This document shows, in pieces, positions 1-15,938 of a stretch of 64,000 nucleotides of DNA (the stretch's first letter is position 1; the number at the start of each line of letters is the position of its first letter). The notes beneath the pieces were generated by a model that had not been told where the DNA came from, searched no databases, and saw only the letters and a program-made list of their open reading frames with translations. Location: assembly GCF_009914755.1 (NCBI RefSeq), contig NC_060943.1. The stretch is one strand, 5' to 3'. The DNA is from the human T2T-CHM13v2.0 reference genome, Homo sapiens. A program made the translations under genes and the position numbers.

Positions 1-1420
1 GTCAGCACTTGTAATAAATATAAACAGGTTTAAGTTATAAATTAAAGGACAGAGTCTAACAAATTGGATTTTTCTTAATCTAGTGATATTTTGCTTATAA
101 GAGACACACGAAAATAAATGACCCAGGAAGGTCAAAAATAGAGGAATGGAAAGAATATCGCTGGCACAACAACAACAAAGCAGGATAGCAATATTAGTAG
201 CAGATAAAATCTAACTTAAGGCAAAAAGCATTTATGGAGATAAAGAACTCCATGTAATTATAAAAGGAAAGGACTCACCAAGGAGATATAACAGTCATGA
301 ATTTTATGTACCTCACAGCAACATAGCCTCAAAAATGTGTAAAGCAAAACTGACAGAATTTTAAGAAGAAACTGATAAATCTATAATCAGAGTGGGAGAT
401 TCTGGCTCACTGTATTGGAAATTGCTCCAGCAGACAAAAATTACTTATAACATAGAAAACTTGTACAACATCGTAGCAAGCTTGGTCTAATAGATATACA
501 AAGAATCCGTCAACAAATACAAAGTGTGCATTATTTTCAAGAAGATAAGGAATATTTACAAATAACAAATCTTGCAACAAAAGTCTCAACAAATTTCAGA
601 AAATCAAATATCAACAAATATTATTCTCAGACCCCAATGCAATTAACTCAGAAATTGACAATTAAAAGACAAAAATATAGAATATTTTTAAATTACACTC
701 CTAAATTACTTGTGTGTTAAAAGTGCAAATTACCGAAACATTAAAATATCAGGGGCTAAAGGAAAACAGGGTTCTACAAAACATAAGTTGTGGAATAAAT
801 TCAATACAGTTCTTGATAAATTCATTTACATAAAAAGAGTGAAAATAAATGTTATACAACTCAAGAAGAAGATTAAACTCAAAAAAGGAAAAGGAAGAAA
901 ATGATCGTAGTTAAGGACTAGAATGTAAGTAGTTTATTAAGGAAGTACTCCCAGAAGAAACAAGTAAGGAAGTGGGAAAACACAGTAAATACAGAGAAGA
1001 TTTGTTCTGTCTTACGGCAAAAGAGTTGAGATATACTGTATCTAGCCAGTTACTGGCTACAGGATGTCTGAGGTGGGAAGCATGTAAGCCTCAGGCACCT
1101 TTAGCTCTCCATACCAGCAGGTGGCTCCAGTGCCCAACAGCAGTCCTTTGAAGATTGCAAGTGCAAATTTTTAAGAGCAAAATACACGGAAGCTTTGGGA
1201 GATGAGCTTACTGAGCTGGTAAATAGAATGCACAGGCATTTAGTAAGGGCATCCAGGGAGGCTACTACAGAATTTTACAGAGGAGGAAAACAAGTACCAC
1301 CACCAAAGGAAATGTTCAATACAACCAGAAATCACTCATTTTAAAAGAACGAAGTAGATAGATCTCTAGAAAAACAGATGAAGAACAGCAAAACTGCATT
1401 TTTCAAAAGGCAATATGTAA
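1..1420 (+). mobile_element. Old L1 (L1M-type) ORF2 5'/endonuclease region, degenerate; interrupted at ~905-1270
   Basis: A-rich, with recognisable decayed ORF2 N-terminal sequence and many stops. Confidence 0.7.
905..1270. mobile_element. Possible ERVL-type LTR fragment inserted in L1
   Basis: Composition shift; gtaagtagtttattaaggaagtactcccag resembles LTR16/33-like ends. Confidence 0.3.
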
Positions 1421-4265
1421 GCAGCCAACATTGACTACGCCTAGTACGACATATCTCTCCCACCCATTACAACTAAAAATTCTAGACAAAATACAAAAAG
1501 CAACTACCTGGGGGTTTTGAAAAGTTAACAATTCCAGAGCAACCACTAAGAAAAGTGCCAGTAGATTAATTTAAAAGAAATTTAAGAAAAAAAAAGAAGG
1601 CAGAAAAGAAAAGAAAAACAAAAGTAGAGAGGACAACAAACAACAATAAAACGTAGACCTAAATCCAAACATATCAATTATTGTGTTAAACGTAAATGAC
1701 TTAAACATCAAGTAAAAGACAGAGATTATCTATTTGGATTTTCTAAAGACCCACATATCTGCTATACAAATACTTAAGGAAGAAACAGTAACAACTCTAT
1801 TCAATTTATTTCAGAATATAGAAAAGGAATGAATACTTCCCAACTCATTTTGTAAGAGATGTATTACCTTGATTTCAAAATCCAACGAAGACATTACAAG
1901 GATTTTTAGAAGTTAAAAACTACAGATCAATATTTCTCATGAGTGTAGATGCAAAATTATCACCAAAATATTAACAAATTCTAATAATATTATAAAGATA
2001 ATACACCACGATCACATGAGGTTTACTCTGAGGATGCAAGGTTAGTTTAACCTTGCAATCAATGTATCGTATTAGCAGACTAAAGAAGAAAAACCATGTG
2101 ATTATCTTAATAGATGCAGAAAAAGCACTTAACAAAAGTTTACCACCATGACTTTTTTTAATACTCAGCAACCTAGGAATTTAAGAGAACTTTCTAAACC
2201 TGATTAGGGCCATCCACAAAAGAAACCTACAGCTAACATCAAATTTAATAGTGAAAGATGGAATGCTTCTCCCCTAAAATGAGAAACAAGGCAAAGATAT
2301 CTACCTTCATCTCTCTTATGCAGCATCATACTGGAAGTCCCAGCTAGTTTGACAAGGCAAGAAAGGGAAATAAAAAGCATACAGATTGCAAAAGAAGAAA
2401 TAAATATCCCTTTATTTTCAGATAACATGATGTTAAATTAAATACATTAAATACAAGATCAATAAACAACAAATCAATTGTATTTCTATATACTAGCAAT
2501 GAAAAACATTTAAAATATGTTTTACCATTTACTGAAACAGGAAACACATAGATATAAATCTAACAAAATATATGCAAGACCTGTAGGCTGAAAACTATGA
2601 AACACTCATAAAAGAAAACATTCTTTTCTTTTCTAAATAAATGGAGTGACAAATGTATGTCCAGAGGTTGGAAATTCAGTATTGCTCTCAATTCTCCCTA
2701 AAATGGTCTACAAATTCAATGCAATCTCAATCAAAATCTTAGCAGAAATTGTTGCAGATACTGACAGGGTGTGTCTAAAATTTATTGGGAAAGGCAAAGG
2801 AAATAGAGTAACCAAAAAAATTTTGAAAAATAAAAGTAAAGTTGGAGGACTCCCACTACCTGATTTTAATGCTTATCATAAAGCTACAGTAACCAAGAGA
2901 GTGTGATACTCGTGGCAAGATAGACATATAGATCTATGGAAAATAAAGAAACTCCAGAAATAGACACAGACAAAGGTGGTCAACTGATTTTTGACAAAAG
3001 TGCAAAGGCAAGTCAACTGAGAAAAACATAATGCCTTCAACCAATGGTGATTAAACAATTAGGCAGACAAAAACAAACTCTACTGACCCATCCACACCTC
3101 ACACCTTATGAAAATATTAAAACGTAGTATAGGAATAAATGTTAAATTACAACACTTCTAGAAAAAAAGGAAATCTTTATGACTTTGGGTTAGAAAAAAA
3201 TTCTTAGATACATCGCAAAAATATGATCAACAATAGAAAAAAAATGAATTTGATCCAAATCAAAAACTGCTCTGTGAAAGACACTACTAATAAAATGAAA
3301 TGAGAAGCCACAGACTGGGAGAAAATATTTGCAAATCATTTATCTGACAAGAAAAACTTCTATTCAGACTATATCTTAAAATCTAAAAACTCAACAACAG
3401 GAAAACAAACAACCCAATACAAAGTGGGCAAAATATTTCAAAAGGCACTTTGACAAAGATGATACACACAGAGCAAATAAACACTTAAAGGTTTTCTACA
3501 CCATTAATCATTAGAGGAAACACAAATTAAAAACCACAGTGACCTGCTAAAAAGACTAACCTGTGCCTATTAAAACAACTGAAAAAAATAAGTAAAACCT
3601 GATCATTTTAACTGCTGCCTAGGATGCAGAGCCACAAAAACTTTCCAACAATCGCTGATGGGACTGCAAAAGGTAGAGACACTATGGAAAACAGGGTAGC
3701 AGTTTCTCATAAAGGTAAACATGCATTTACCATATAATCCAGCAATCCTAAGCTTAGGTATTTAACTAATACAAATGAAAACTTATGTTCACATCAAATC
3801 CTGTACATAAATGTTTATATAGCAACTCTATTTGTAATAATCAAAAAACTACAAACAAGGTGAATATCTTCAACTGGTGAATGGATAAACAAATTGTGGT
3901 CTACACATACAGTGGATACTATCCAACAATAGAAAAAGAACAAAATATTAAAAATACAACATGGATGAATGTCAAATGCGTTACACTGGTATAGCAGTAG
4001 GTAGTATGGTATGTAGCTTTTGAGTCTAGCTATATAATCCTATTTGTATGTCATTTTGGAAAAGGCAAAATTATAAAGATGCTTGCCAGAGGTTGGGGGT
4101 AGTAAAGGTAGTTGACAACGATAAGGCAATATGAGGGAACTTGGGGGAAAACACTGAAACAGACTTGGTGTGCTGGTGGTTACATTTGTCAGAACTAGTA
4201 GAACTATAGACCAAAAAGGATAAATTCAACTGTATATAAATTAAAAATAAATAAAAATGATTTGA
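1420..4265 (+). mobile_element. Second L1 (L1MC/MD-like): ORF2 start, RT and C-terminal remnants, 3' UTR, A-rich tail
   Basis: ORF 2646-2906 encodes L1 ORF2-like LPKMVYKFNAISIKI...KVGGLPLPDF..YHKATVTK; 3' UTR ends aaaaataaataaaaa at ~4250. Confidence 0.8.
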
Positions 4266-5610
4266 AAAAAATACTGAGAATGAAAGAGAGACAGCATGAC
4301 AGATTCAGAAGAGATATTTTTTAACCATAAGAAAAAACATGAATCACTTTATGCCAGAAAGTTAGAAAATATAATTGATGTAGACAATTTTTGGTAAAAA
4401 ATATAAATTATCTAATATTGTGACTCAAAAAAAATGAGAAATTTGAATGAACAAAGAACGATTAAATAAATTATATATGTTGCCAGCCGAAAATCTATTT
4501 CTTAGATAGACAGCAAGCCCAATAACTTTATAGGCAAATATTTCCTAGATTCTAAACATACTACCACATCATACTAAAAATATTTTTTAAAACACAATTT
4601 CAGAGGACAGAAAAAGGAAAACTATCCAAATCATGTTATGGGGCTACTATAACCTCATTACCAAAACCAGATAAAGACTACTAGAAAACAAATACAGACT
4701 TGTTTGCACACATGTATATGTGTGTATATATATATATATATGTGTATGCGTGTGTGTATTTTATATATACATATATATTATAAATACATAGAAAAATAAA
4801 GTTCATCAAGAATCCTAAAATCAAGATCAGCACATAAAAATCAGTAACTCTTCTAGAATCCAACAATGAACCATTAAAAATGTTATTTTTTAAAGAGTCA
4901 TTCATAGCAGCTGTAAAAGCTAGCAAGAAATATAATGAAGCTATTTAATGTACTTATGAAAATATTACATACTATAAAAACACCAACATGAATACCAATA
5001 TGTACTATGTTCATGGATGAGAAGACATTATCATAAGCACATCTAATTTTCTTATATTGAACTATAAAATAAGAACAATCTCCCTTAGAATGTTAACACT
5101 TTTTTGTAATGAAGCTTAGCAATCTGATCCTAAATTCGTGCTGAGTGACAGGAAGGACAGACAAGACAATTTTTAAAAGAAAGTGTAAACAATGTAAAGA
5201 GGATGTAACCAGTAATAAGATTTGTTATAGAGTTGGCATCACTGAAACAATGTGGCATTATACAGGAACAGACAAATAGATTAGCGGAACAAGGAGAAAG
5301 CGCTGAAACAGACTCAAGTAAATATAAAAACTTGATAGATAACAGAAAAGAAATTAAAAATTAGTAAAGAAAAGTGAACTCAATACATGGTGCTGGGACA
5401 ATGATACATCTATCTATACATACATAGATGTACATGTATATGTATATCCATGTTAAATATATATATATCCTTGTGTATAGATATAAAAATATTTAATGTT
5501 TATATAGAATATATTGATAAATATACAGTATATATAGTCCTACATTTCACTATTTACAAAAAAGCATTCTAGGAATTTTAACATTTTGAATGTAAAAATG
5601 TAATCTAGAG
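4266..5610 (+). mobile_element. Continuation of the host L1 ORF2 (degenerate), with TA/TG-rich simple repeats
   Basis: Resumes mid-ORF2-like sequence (aatgaaagagagacagcatgacagattcagaagag). Confidence 0.6.
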
Positions 5611-5611
5611 A

Positions 5612-7075
5612 ATTTCTGTTTTCCCTCTGTATTTAGTAACACGTAACTGACAAATAAAATTGTATATATTTAAGGTGTACAATGTGATACCTTGATTATA
5701 TATAATATATAAAATATATATAATATATATAATAAAATATATATTATATATAATAAAATATATATATTATATATATATTTTATATATAATATATATTATA
5801 TATAATATATATAAAATATATATTTAATATATATTTTATATATAATATATATAAAATATATATTTAATATATATTTTATATATAATATATTTAAAATATA
5901 TATTATATATAATATATTATATATAATATATTTAAAATATATATTATATATAATATATTATATATATATATATCTTGTGAAATGATTACCACAATCAATT
6001 TAGTAACACATCCATCACCTCACATAGTTACCTTTGCTGTGGTGAGAATATTCAAGATCTATTCTCTGAGTAAATTTCAAGTATACGATACAGTATTACT
6101 AAATATATTCACCACACTGTTCACCTAGAACTTATTCCTCTTGTAACTGAAAGTTTGTACCCTTTAACCAACATCTCTCCTTCTTTCCCTCCCCCGGCCC
6201 CTGCAACCCCACTCCACCTTTATTTCCATGAACTTGTCTTTTTGAGATTCCATATATAAGTGAGATGAGATAGTATTTGTCTTTTTCTGTCAGACTTATT
6301 TTGCTTAGCAAAATTTCATCAAGTTTCATCCATGTTGTCACAAGTGACGGGATTTCCTTCTTTTTATGGCTGAATAATATTCCTTTGTGTATATACACCA
6401 TACCTTTCAACATATGATTCATCTATTCATCCTTCAACACTTATGTTGTGACAAAAGCCATAGCTTGACTATTGTGTATAATGCTGCAGTGAACACGGGA
6501 GTACAGGTGTCTCATCAACATACTGATGTCATTTCCTTTGAATATATACCCAGAGGTGGGGTCACTGGATCATACACCAGTTCTATTTTTAATGTTTTGA
6601 GGAAACTCCCTACTGTTTTCCATAATAGCTGTGCCATTTATGTTCACACCAGCAGTGCACAAGGGTTCTCTTTTCTCCACATCTCACCAACATTTGTCAT
6701 CGCTTGTCTTTTTGATAATAGACAAGGTGTGAGGTGATATCTCAATGTGGTTTTAATTTGCCTTTCTTCCGTGATTAGTGATGGTGAGCCCCTTTTCATA
6801 TACCTGTTGACCATTTGTATGTCTTCTTTGAGAAAATCTACTTGCCCATTTTTAAAATCAGGTTCTTTGTATTTTTGGTATTGAGTTGTATGAGTTCATT
6901 ATATATTTTGGATATTGGCCTCTTATCAAATATATGGTTGACAAATATTTTTTTCCGTTCCATAGGTTGCCTTTTCATTTCACTGATTGCTTCCTTTGTT
7001 GTGCAGAAGTTTTTAGTTTGGTGTATTCTTACTTGTTTATTTTTGGTTCTGTTGACTGTGGTTTTGATGTCATAT
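5612..7075 (-). mobile_element. L1MA-type 3' end (antisense)
   Basis: Typical inverted L1MA 3' UTR and ORF2 C-terminus (minus-strand ORF 6132-6422: ...SHKKKEIPSLVTTWMKLDEILLSKIS). Confidence 0.85.
5695..5973. repeat. Pure A/T (TA)n-like array, ~280 bp
   Basis: No G or C; exact 40-bp tandem copies at 5801-5840 and 5841-5880. Confidence 0.95.
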
Positions 7076-8320
<1,245 letters not shown>

Positions 8321-9119
8321 AAGAAGAAGCACAAGAGAAAAGGTGAGAGAAGAGAGGGGAGGAAGGAGGTTAAAAGATAGATGGATAATGGAAACATGGA
8401 TTATTGCTACATTTTCCCCGTTTTTTTTTTTTTTTTGCTTGAATTGTTTTTATAACAGAAAGAAGGAAAAGATAGGGGAGGGAGGAAAAGATTAAATAGA
8501 AATTCACCAAAATGTTTAAAGCAACTATCTCAGGGTAGGGCATAGTGGAGAATTTTATTCTTTTATTTACATTTTTTTCATATTTTCCGAATTATCCCCA
8601 GCAAACATGTATCGCTTTTATGAGCTGAACAAAAACAATAAATGCTCTTTGTAAAAGCACCTTGCTAAGCTGTTGTGATTTAAACGCCTGGATTGTGGGA
8701 GAGACGCTGATATTCTGGACATCCGGGCCAGCTCCCGGAGCGACTGTCCAAGACAGGTTTCTGGGGGAACTGATAAGCGAACAACCGAATTTAAATTCCA
8801 GTATCAGTAGCAGCAACCCAGGCCTCAGGAGGTGAGGGCTCCAGGAGTCTCCATACTCTGCCGGCCTCCCAGGGGACAGGGCTGCCACAAGAGATAAAAG
8901 CCAGCTCTCTGGTTCTCTCCAAAAATCTTTGAAAATCGTTTTTTGAAGATCGAGGTGACTGAACCTCATAACCATGTTATCACAGGCCCCATCTATGCCA
9001 TTGAAGACAAGACGGGCATCCCTAAAAGACCTAGCCCGTGGGCATGATCCTATGTGCTTCCTGTGGACACCCGGCTCAATGACTGGCCAAGCCCATCCCC
9101 AGTGGCTTTTTCATATTGC

Positions 9120-9260
9120 TTAAAACACCTCTGGGAAGTCTTATTAATCTTGTCTCTATTTTACAGAGATAAAAATGGGACTCAGAGAAGTTAATTGACT
9201 TGGGACAGGGCCACCCAGCTAATAAGCAGTATGGAGTCAACACCCAAGAAAGCCACTCTG
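9120..9260 (-). mobile_element. MIR fragment
   Basis: attttacagagataaaaatgggactcagagaagttaattgacttg core. Confidence 0.6.
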
Positions 9261-10029
9261 TGCCCCAGGGGAGTCCCAGGAGGCCACCCTTTGCCCCAGT
9301 AGTAGAATATTGGGCACCAATAACAGGCTAAGGGGAGAAATCATATTGGATACGTATGCAACATTCCCCAAAGTCCCAAACCCACCATGACAGCAGCCCC
9401 AAATGCAGGGGCAGAACAGGGCCTATTCTGAGGTCAAACTGTACATTCCTGTCCCCTGACTCCAGTCCTCCAATCCCCCTCAGCCCACAGGGGTCCTTGT
9501 AAGCTAGAGAAGCTGCCACATTCACGGTGCCCACCCTGTCCTCCCACCTCCCACTTCCCGTGCTCAACTCTCAGACAGTTAATGTGAATAGATGAGAAGT
9601 TTAAGTACCTTGGAAAGGGCTAAATGAATAGGAATGGGAAAATCCCAGTGTTTTTCTCCCATCAGTCTTTCTGATTGCTCTTAACTCTATTTCCTGGACA
9701 GGGTCTGTGGCAGTCAAGCTCCTGGCTAGTCATTTTTTATCACCATCGGGAAAAACACACAGTACTTAGAGCAGCAGGGGCCCTCTTAATATCTAGGCAG
9801 GAGGTAACCCACAGGGCAGCTATTCCCCAAAACTGGAAATGGCTCTTGGAGGCCCGGCAGGTTTCTGCACACCAACCAAACGCCTGAGCTCCCAGGAGGG
9901 AGAAGAGGAAGACTGGAGCCTTCTGCCCAGCCTCCTGATTTTCTTCCCAGGGCTCCCGGACCCCCTACCCCAAGCCTTAGCCCAGCTCCCATGCTAGATG
10001 ACTTCATATCCTATCCCATGGGGCAAGTT

Positions 10030-10185
10030 ACAGAAAAACTGGAACTCCCCATTTTTATATGAAAGTGCCTCAATTTGTTATTAGTGGCAACTAATTTTAA
10101 AAAGCTCTAAATGCTCTCTGGACTGAATGAAACAAGTCTGCAGGATGAATCTGGCCTCTGGGCTACTGTTTGGTCCACGGGCTGG
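10030..10185. mobile_element. hAT-Charlie DNA transposon relic (MER103C-like)
   Basis: tttttatatgaaa...tggcaactaatt...ctgcaggatgaatctggcc; a related inverted relic is at ~44225-44370. Confidence 0.4.
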
Positions 10186-10297
10186 CTAAGAGCAGGTCTA
10201 AGACAGACAGCAAAACAACCACAACATATAAATGATAGAAGATGCCTCATGCCTATCCTGCCCTGACTGTGCGCCAGACAGCCCATGCTACAGCCAT

Positions 10298-11131
<834 letters not shown>

Positions 11132-12379
11132 CCATGAGGTAGCGGCGCAGGTGTTTTCGGTGTCCTTGGTCTATCCCAGATGTCAGCAGCTACTATGGTG
11201 GGCAGGCCCACGAATGCGGGCAGCAGCCCTCCCGAGGGCCTGCCCAGCCTCTCCACACTCTGGCTACCAGGCTTCTTCCAGGGATACAGGATGAAGTCTT
11301 CCAACGTGGGAGCTGGGCCAAGACCTGGGGCTGCTCACCCAGAAGTGGGGCAGAAGTAACCCTTGGCCCATGGGATACAGGTATCAGTGGATGCAGGCCT
11401 CTACCTGTGGCCTTTGGAGGGACAATTTTGAGGGGCATTCTGCATGTACCTCAGGGGGTCCCAGACACCGCGAGCCCCTGTCACCTGCAGCCATAACCAG
11501 CCCAGCAATGCACTCTTTCAGAGGAATCCGAGTTAAGATAGTTTGCTGATAAAGACCCTGCAGCTCAGAGAGGTGAAGTAATTTGCCGAAGGCCTCTCAG
11601 CTGCTGAAGGACACTCAGGGATTGAAGAAGGACGAACTGGCTCTCATGTCCTGCTCCTGACCACTGCACTACCACCTTCTTAGAGAAAACCAGTCGGACC
11701 CTCCAGGCCTGTGGCTGGTTCTTGCTTTCTGCATCTGAACCTGTCAGTGAGTCCAGAGGAGGGCTCGCCAGGACTGTAGCCAAAAAACAAGAGTCCCATA
11801 CGTGCACTAGAGGGTCCAAAGAGAGCGCAGTCGGCGGGACACCTCCTCCTTAATTTGGGCCCAGGATGCCACACAGACCTCCGGAGCTTACCTGCTCTTC
11901 TCCTTGGAAGGGACAGATCAGAGCTGGAGGGGCTTCGAGCTCCCTCTAGGGGCCAGCGAGACCTGTGCCAGCCCCAGAGCTGCAGCAGGCCCCAAGGGCA
12001 GGCGCTGAGGCCTTTGCTCTACAATGGGAAGACGGGAGCCGCCCTTCCCCAGACCCCACTGGCTGGGGATGAACAGAAGGCTCATAAAGAAGAGTTGTTC
12101 CAAAAGCTTGCCCTTCCTGGGACCCAGTGAATCCCCCATTGCCTCAAGACGCAGGGCGGAGAGCTGATCTGCTCAGGATGTCTGGAGCGAGCGGGGCTCA
12201 TGGGCAGGCGAGGGTCTGGGTGTGAGGCAGGCGGCGTGCGAGGCTTGCCTCCCTGCAGACTGTCACGCTGGGGGTCTCACTCCCCTTCCTCGTCGCCCCT
12301 TCCCAGGAGAGTGGACACAGGCTAGGACCCCAGGCCTGTCTGCAGCGTGGCCTCCATCACCCTCTGTGGGATCCTGGGC

Positions 12380-12620
12380 CATCAGGCAGCTTTCCTGGGT
12401 CTCAGTTTTCCCATGTACACCTCAATAGCCACAATATGGATTAAGCTGTCCCTCCACGCCAGGCCTTTCCCGCATCACAAAAGCTCCACGGCTCCAGTGC
12501 TTAGTGGTCATCCCCATTGTAGAGCTGAGGGAACTCAGATGCAGAGAGGTTGAGTAACTTGCCCGAGGTCGCACAGCCAGCCCACACCCTTGCGAGGCTT
12601 TCCGACTCCAGAGGCCACAT
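12380..12620. mobile_element. MIR fragments
   Basis: ctcagttttcccat and cagagaggttgagtaacttgcccgaggtc cores. Confidence 0.55.
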
Positions 12621-12686
12621 GGAGTTCTATGCGTGACCCTTCCTCTACACTCTTTCTTTCTGGAAAATATTATTTTAGAGACAGCC

Positions 12687-12742
12687 TTGAGCCCAACACT
12701 TCTAGGATCCTTAATTGAGCCCAACACTTCCAGGATCCTTAA
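12687..12742 (+). repeat. 28-bp tandem duplication (1 mismatch)
   Basis: ttgagcccaacacttc(t/c)aggatccttaa x2. Confidence 0.9.
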
Positions 12743-14024
12743 TCTGCAAGGATGTAGAAAAAGAAGCCTAAATGATCCCTGAGTTTTGAGAGGCTGTGCA
12801 GATAAACTCATCACCCCTGAGCAAAATGGAAAGAGTGAGGAGTGAAGAGCAAGGGCACAGTGGGACAGTGATGGGCTGCCCAGGGTCCTGGCACTCACAG
12901 GGTAGAGAGGTCAGCAGGTCTGGGAACTAGAGTACGCTGGATCCCTGGGTGTGCCTGCAACCCCTCACCAAGACACTCCCTGAAACATCCCCAGGGAAAG
13001 ACCCATCATGGCCTGAGCTGCAGCCATGAAGATTTAGGGATCATGTGGGAGAGAAAAGTTGGAACCAAGGGCCCACACTCCTCAGGAGGGGTGCCACCCC
13101 ACCTCTCCTCACACTAACCCAGCTCTGCAGTCTTGGCAAAGTCCTGGGAGAGTGAACAGAGTCCCCCATGCTCAGCAGCCAGGAGTTGGCAGGAGGATAC
13201 TGCCATGGACCCCTTACATGGCCACAGCCAAGGAGAGCTGCTGTGGGGCACACCTGCCCTTGTGCAGGGCCAAGAGTGACCTACATGGCTGTTCCCCACA
13301 GGGCGGAGACCCGGGAGAGTCTCTCTAGCCTCTTTTTCACAGCCTCCCCTGCAGCCACTGGCATGTGGCCAGCGAGACCCACTGCCCTCAGAGACCAATA
13401 TGTAGCCACTGACCTCTGTCAGGAGAGAAGCCAACCAGCCCTTGCTCTCTGCCCACTTTGCCACCCCTACCATTATTTTTGGGGCCTTTTAATCCCTCCA
13501 TAAACCCACCTCATAAAGCAGAGTATCAGTGCTTCTCAGCAGTGTCCAGACCCTCCCCCAGAGGACCAGATCAGGAGGGAAAGGAGGAGGGACTGAGTCC
13601 TACACAGTGGCTGGCACCCCTCCCTTACCACTTGGGCTAAAATCCCAGTTCTTTCCGTCTGGGCCTGAAGATCTGTTATAAACTGTCCCATCCCTCATGA
13701 CCTCAGCTTCAGCAGGGGAGTCCAGCACCCAGAATCCAGGAAGAGGCAGGAAAGCGTCTGCTCACATGAGGAGTCACATCCATTGCGGTGCAGGCCCCCG
13801 GAGGGGTCAGGGCTGCTGTGCTGTTCCCATGTTCCCAGCTAGGACCCTGAGCCTCAGACAGGGCCACCAAGCAGAGCCAGGCCAGGAGCCCGGGCTCCTG
13901 ATGACACACTTTTCCACATGTCCATCCCACACACTCCCAGTCAGCCCCTTGCTGTCCACACACCCACCCCATAAACACCTGCAGAGCACTGAGGCTGGAC
14001 CCTGCGGAGGCTGCCTGAGGCATC

Positions 14025-14403
14025 TGAAACCAGCCAGGTTCCCCATAGAACTGATGTTTATGGATTTATTTTCATAAACATAGAAATTGACCCTCCCAGT
14101 CTTAAAGCATGAAACTTACATTTGTCTTATCTGAGTTCCTTTCCCAGGAAACCAACCTTCAGGCCTCCTGGATAGTATCAAGAAACTGAAAATCCTCTTC
14201 TTTACCCCTCTGGAAGCCTATTCCTTACTACATAAACTCCCAATTTTAGTCAATTGGGAGGATGGATTTGAGACTGATCTACTGTCTCCTCAGCCCCAAC
14301 ACCCGAAAAAGCCTTCTTCCCTGGCACTACTCATTGTCTCGGTCACTGGCTTTCTGTGTGGCAAGCAACAGGACCTAAACCAAAACCTGGTGTTTTGGTA
14401 ACA
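14025..14403 (+). mobile_element. ERV1 solo LTR (LTR26-like, internally deleted)
   Basis: tgaaacc...ggtaaca with perfect 4-bp TSD CATC; catagaactgatgtttatgg...aaattgaccctcccagtcttaa signature. Confidence 0.8.
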
Positions 14404-14675
14404 CATCTGTAGAGTCTAGGCAGGAATCTGGACCAAGTGCTCCGTGGGGTCAGGAAGGGCTCAAACTTGCTGGGCCCCCCTTATGCCCAGAAATGCATAT
14501 ACAGTGGCCTCGGGTCTGGAATTCTCTCCCACAGGGCCCAGAAGAAGGCTGGGCCACAGACACAAGGAGGAGTATGAAAATGCACTTGTGTAGCCCACAT
14601 GATTAAATAACAGGGACCACACACACACATTGTGCCAATGTCAAATTCCTAGTTTTTTATATCGTGCCATAGTTA

Positions 14676-15938
14676 TGTAACAGTGGAGCAGCAAAAGAAC
14701 TAACAGCACTCACTCCATTTTTGTTTAAGGGGCCTTTACCTGTTCCTGCAGGTCGGCTAGAATAATTTTAAAGCACTGAAATAAAATGCAAAAATTGCAT
14801 TCATGTAGTTCTTGAAACTGTATTAGTCCATCTTTGCATTCCTTTAAAGAACTACCTAAGACTGGGTAATTTATGAAGAAAAGAGGTTTAATTGACTAAC
14901 AGTTTTGCATGGCTAGGGAGGCCTCAGGAAACTTACAATCATAGCAGAAGGTGGAGGAGAAGCAAATACCGTCTTCACAAGGCAGCAGGAGAGAGAGTGA
15001 AGGGGGAAGTGCCACTTTTAAACCATCAAATCTCATGAGAACTCCCTCACTATGATGAGAACAGCACGGGGGAACCCCCCAACCCTCACCATGATCCAGT
15101 CACCTCCCACCAGGTCCCTCCCTAACATGTGGGGATTACAATTTGACATGAGATTTGGGTGGGGACACAGAGCCAAACCATATCATTCTGCCCCGGCCCC
15201 TCCAAAATCTCATGTCCTTTTTGCCTTTCAAAACCAGTCATGCCTTCCCAACAGTCCCCCAAAGTCTTAACTCTTTCCAGCATTAACTCAGAAGTCCAAG
15301 TCCGAAGTCTCATCTGAGATAAAGCAAGTCCATTCCACTTATGAGCCTGTAAACTCAAAAACAAGTTAGTTACTTCCAAGATACAATAACGGTACAGGCA
15401 TTGAGCAAACGCTCTCATTCCAAATTGGCCAAAACCAAGGGGCCACAGGCCCCATGTAAGTCCAAAACCTGGCAGGGCACTCATTAAATCTTAAATCTCC
15501 AAAATAATCTCCTTTGACTCCATGTTTCATATCCAGGGCACGCTGATGCAAGGGGTGAACTCCCAAGGATTTGGGCAGAAATTAACTCTGCGATTGAAGG
15601 GGAAGTGTGTAAATAATTGTGTTTTGTTCAAGATTTATAGGAGCACTGTGACCTGACCTAGGACAGAGGAGTTCCCAACCTCCTGGGACCTTCACAGGCA
15701 CCCAGATGTCTGCAGCTGGTCACATGTCTTGATCCCAACTCCCTTCTTTTCCCCCTGCCCTCAACATCAAAAGAGCCTGAAATGTGTGCTGACTTGAGAC
15801 GACCTTTGTGACACTAACCCACTGTTTTCTCAGGTTGCTGTCTCTTGAATAAACCTGCTTTTCCTTCTACCAAGTCTTGTCTCCCAAAGTTGGCTTTCAA
15901 GTGTGGAGCAGCTGAACCTGGGTTCAGTTCCAGTTTCA
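14676..15938 (+). mobile_element. ERV1 solo LTR (same family as 17684-18187), interrupted by a MaLR
   Basis: Shares cagcaaaagaactaac..cactcactccatttttgtttaaggggcc and gaataaacctgcttttcc with the downstream copy. Confidence 0.75.
14819..15577 (-). mobile_element. THE1/MST-type MaLR: one LTR (14819-15185) plus adjacent internal sequence (15186-15577)
   Basis: tgtattagtcc...gactgggtaatttatgaagaaaagagg...ccaaaccatatca, then the MaLR-int signature ttctgccccggcccctccaaaatctcatgtcc. Confidence 0.88.
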
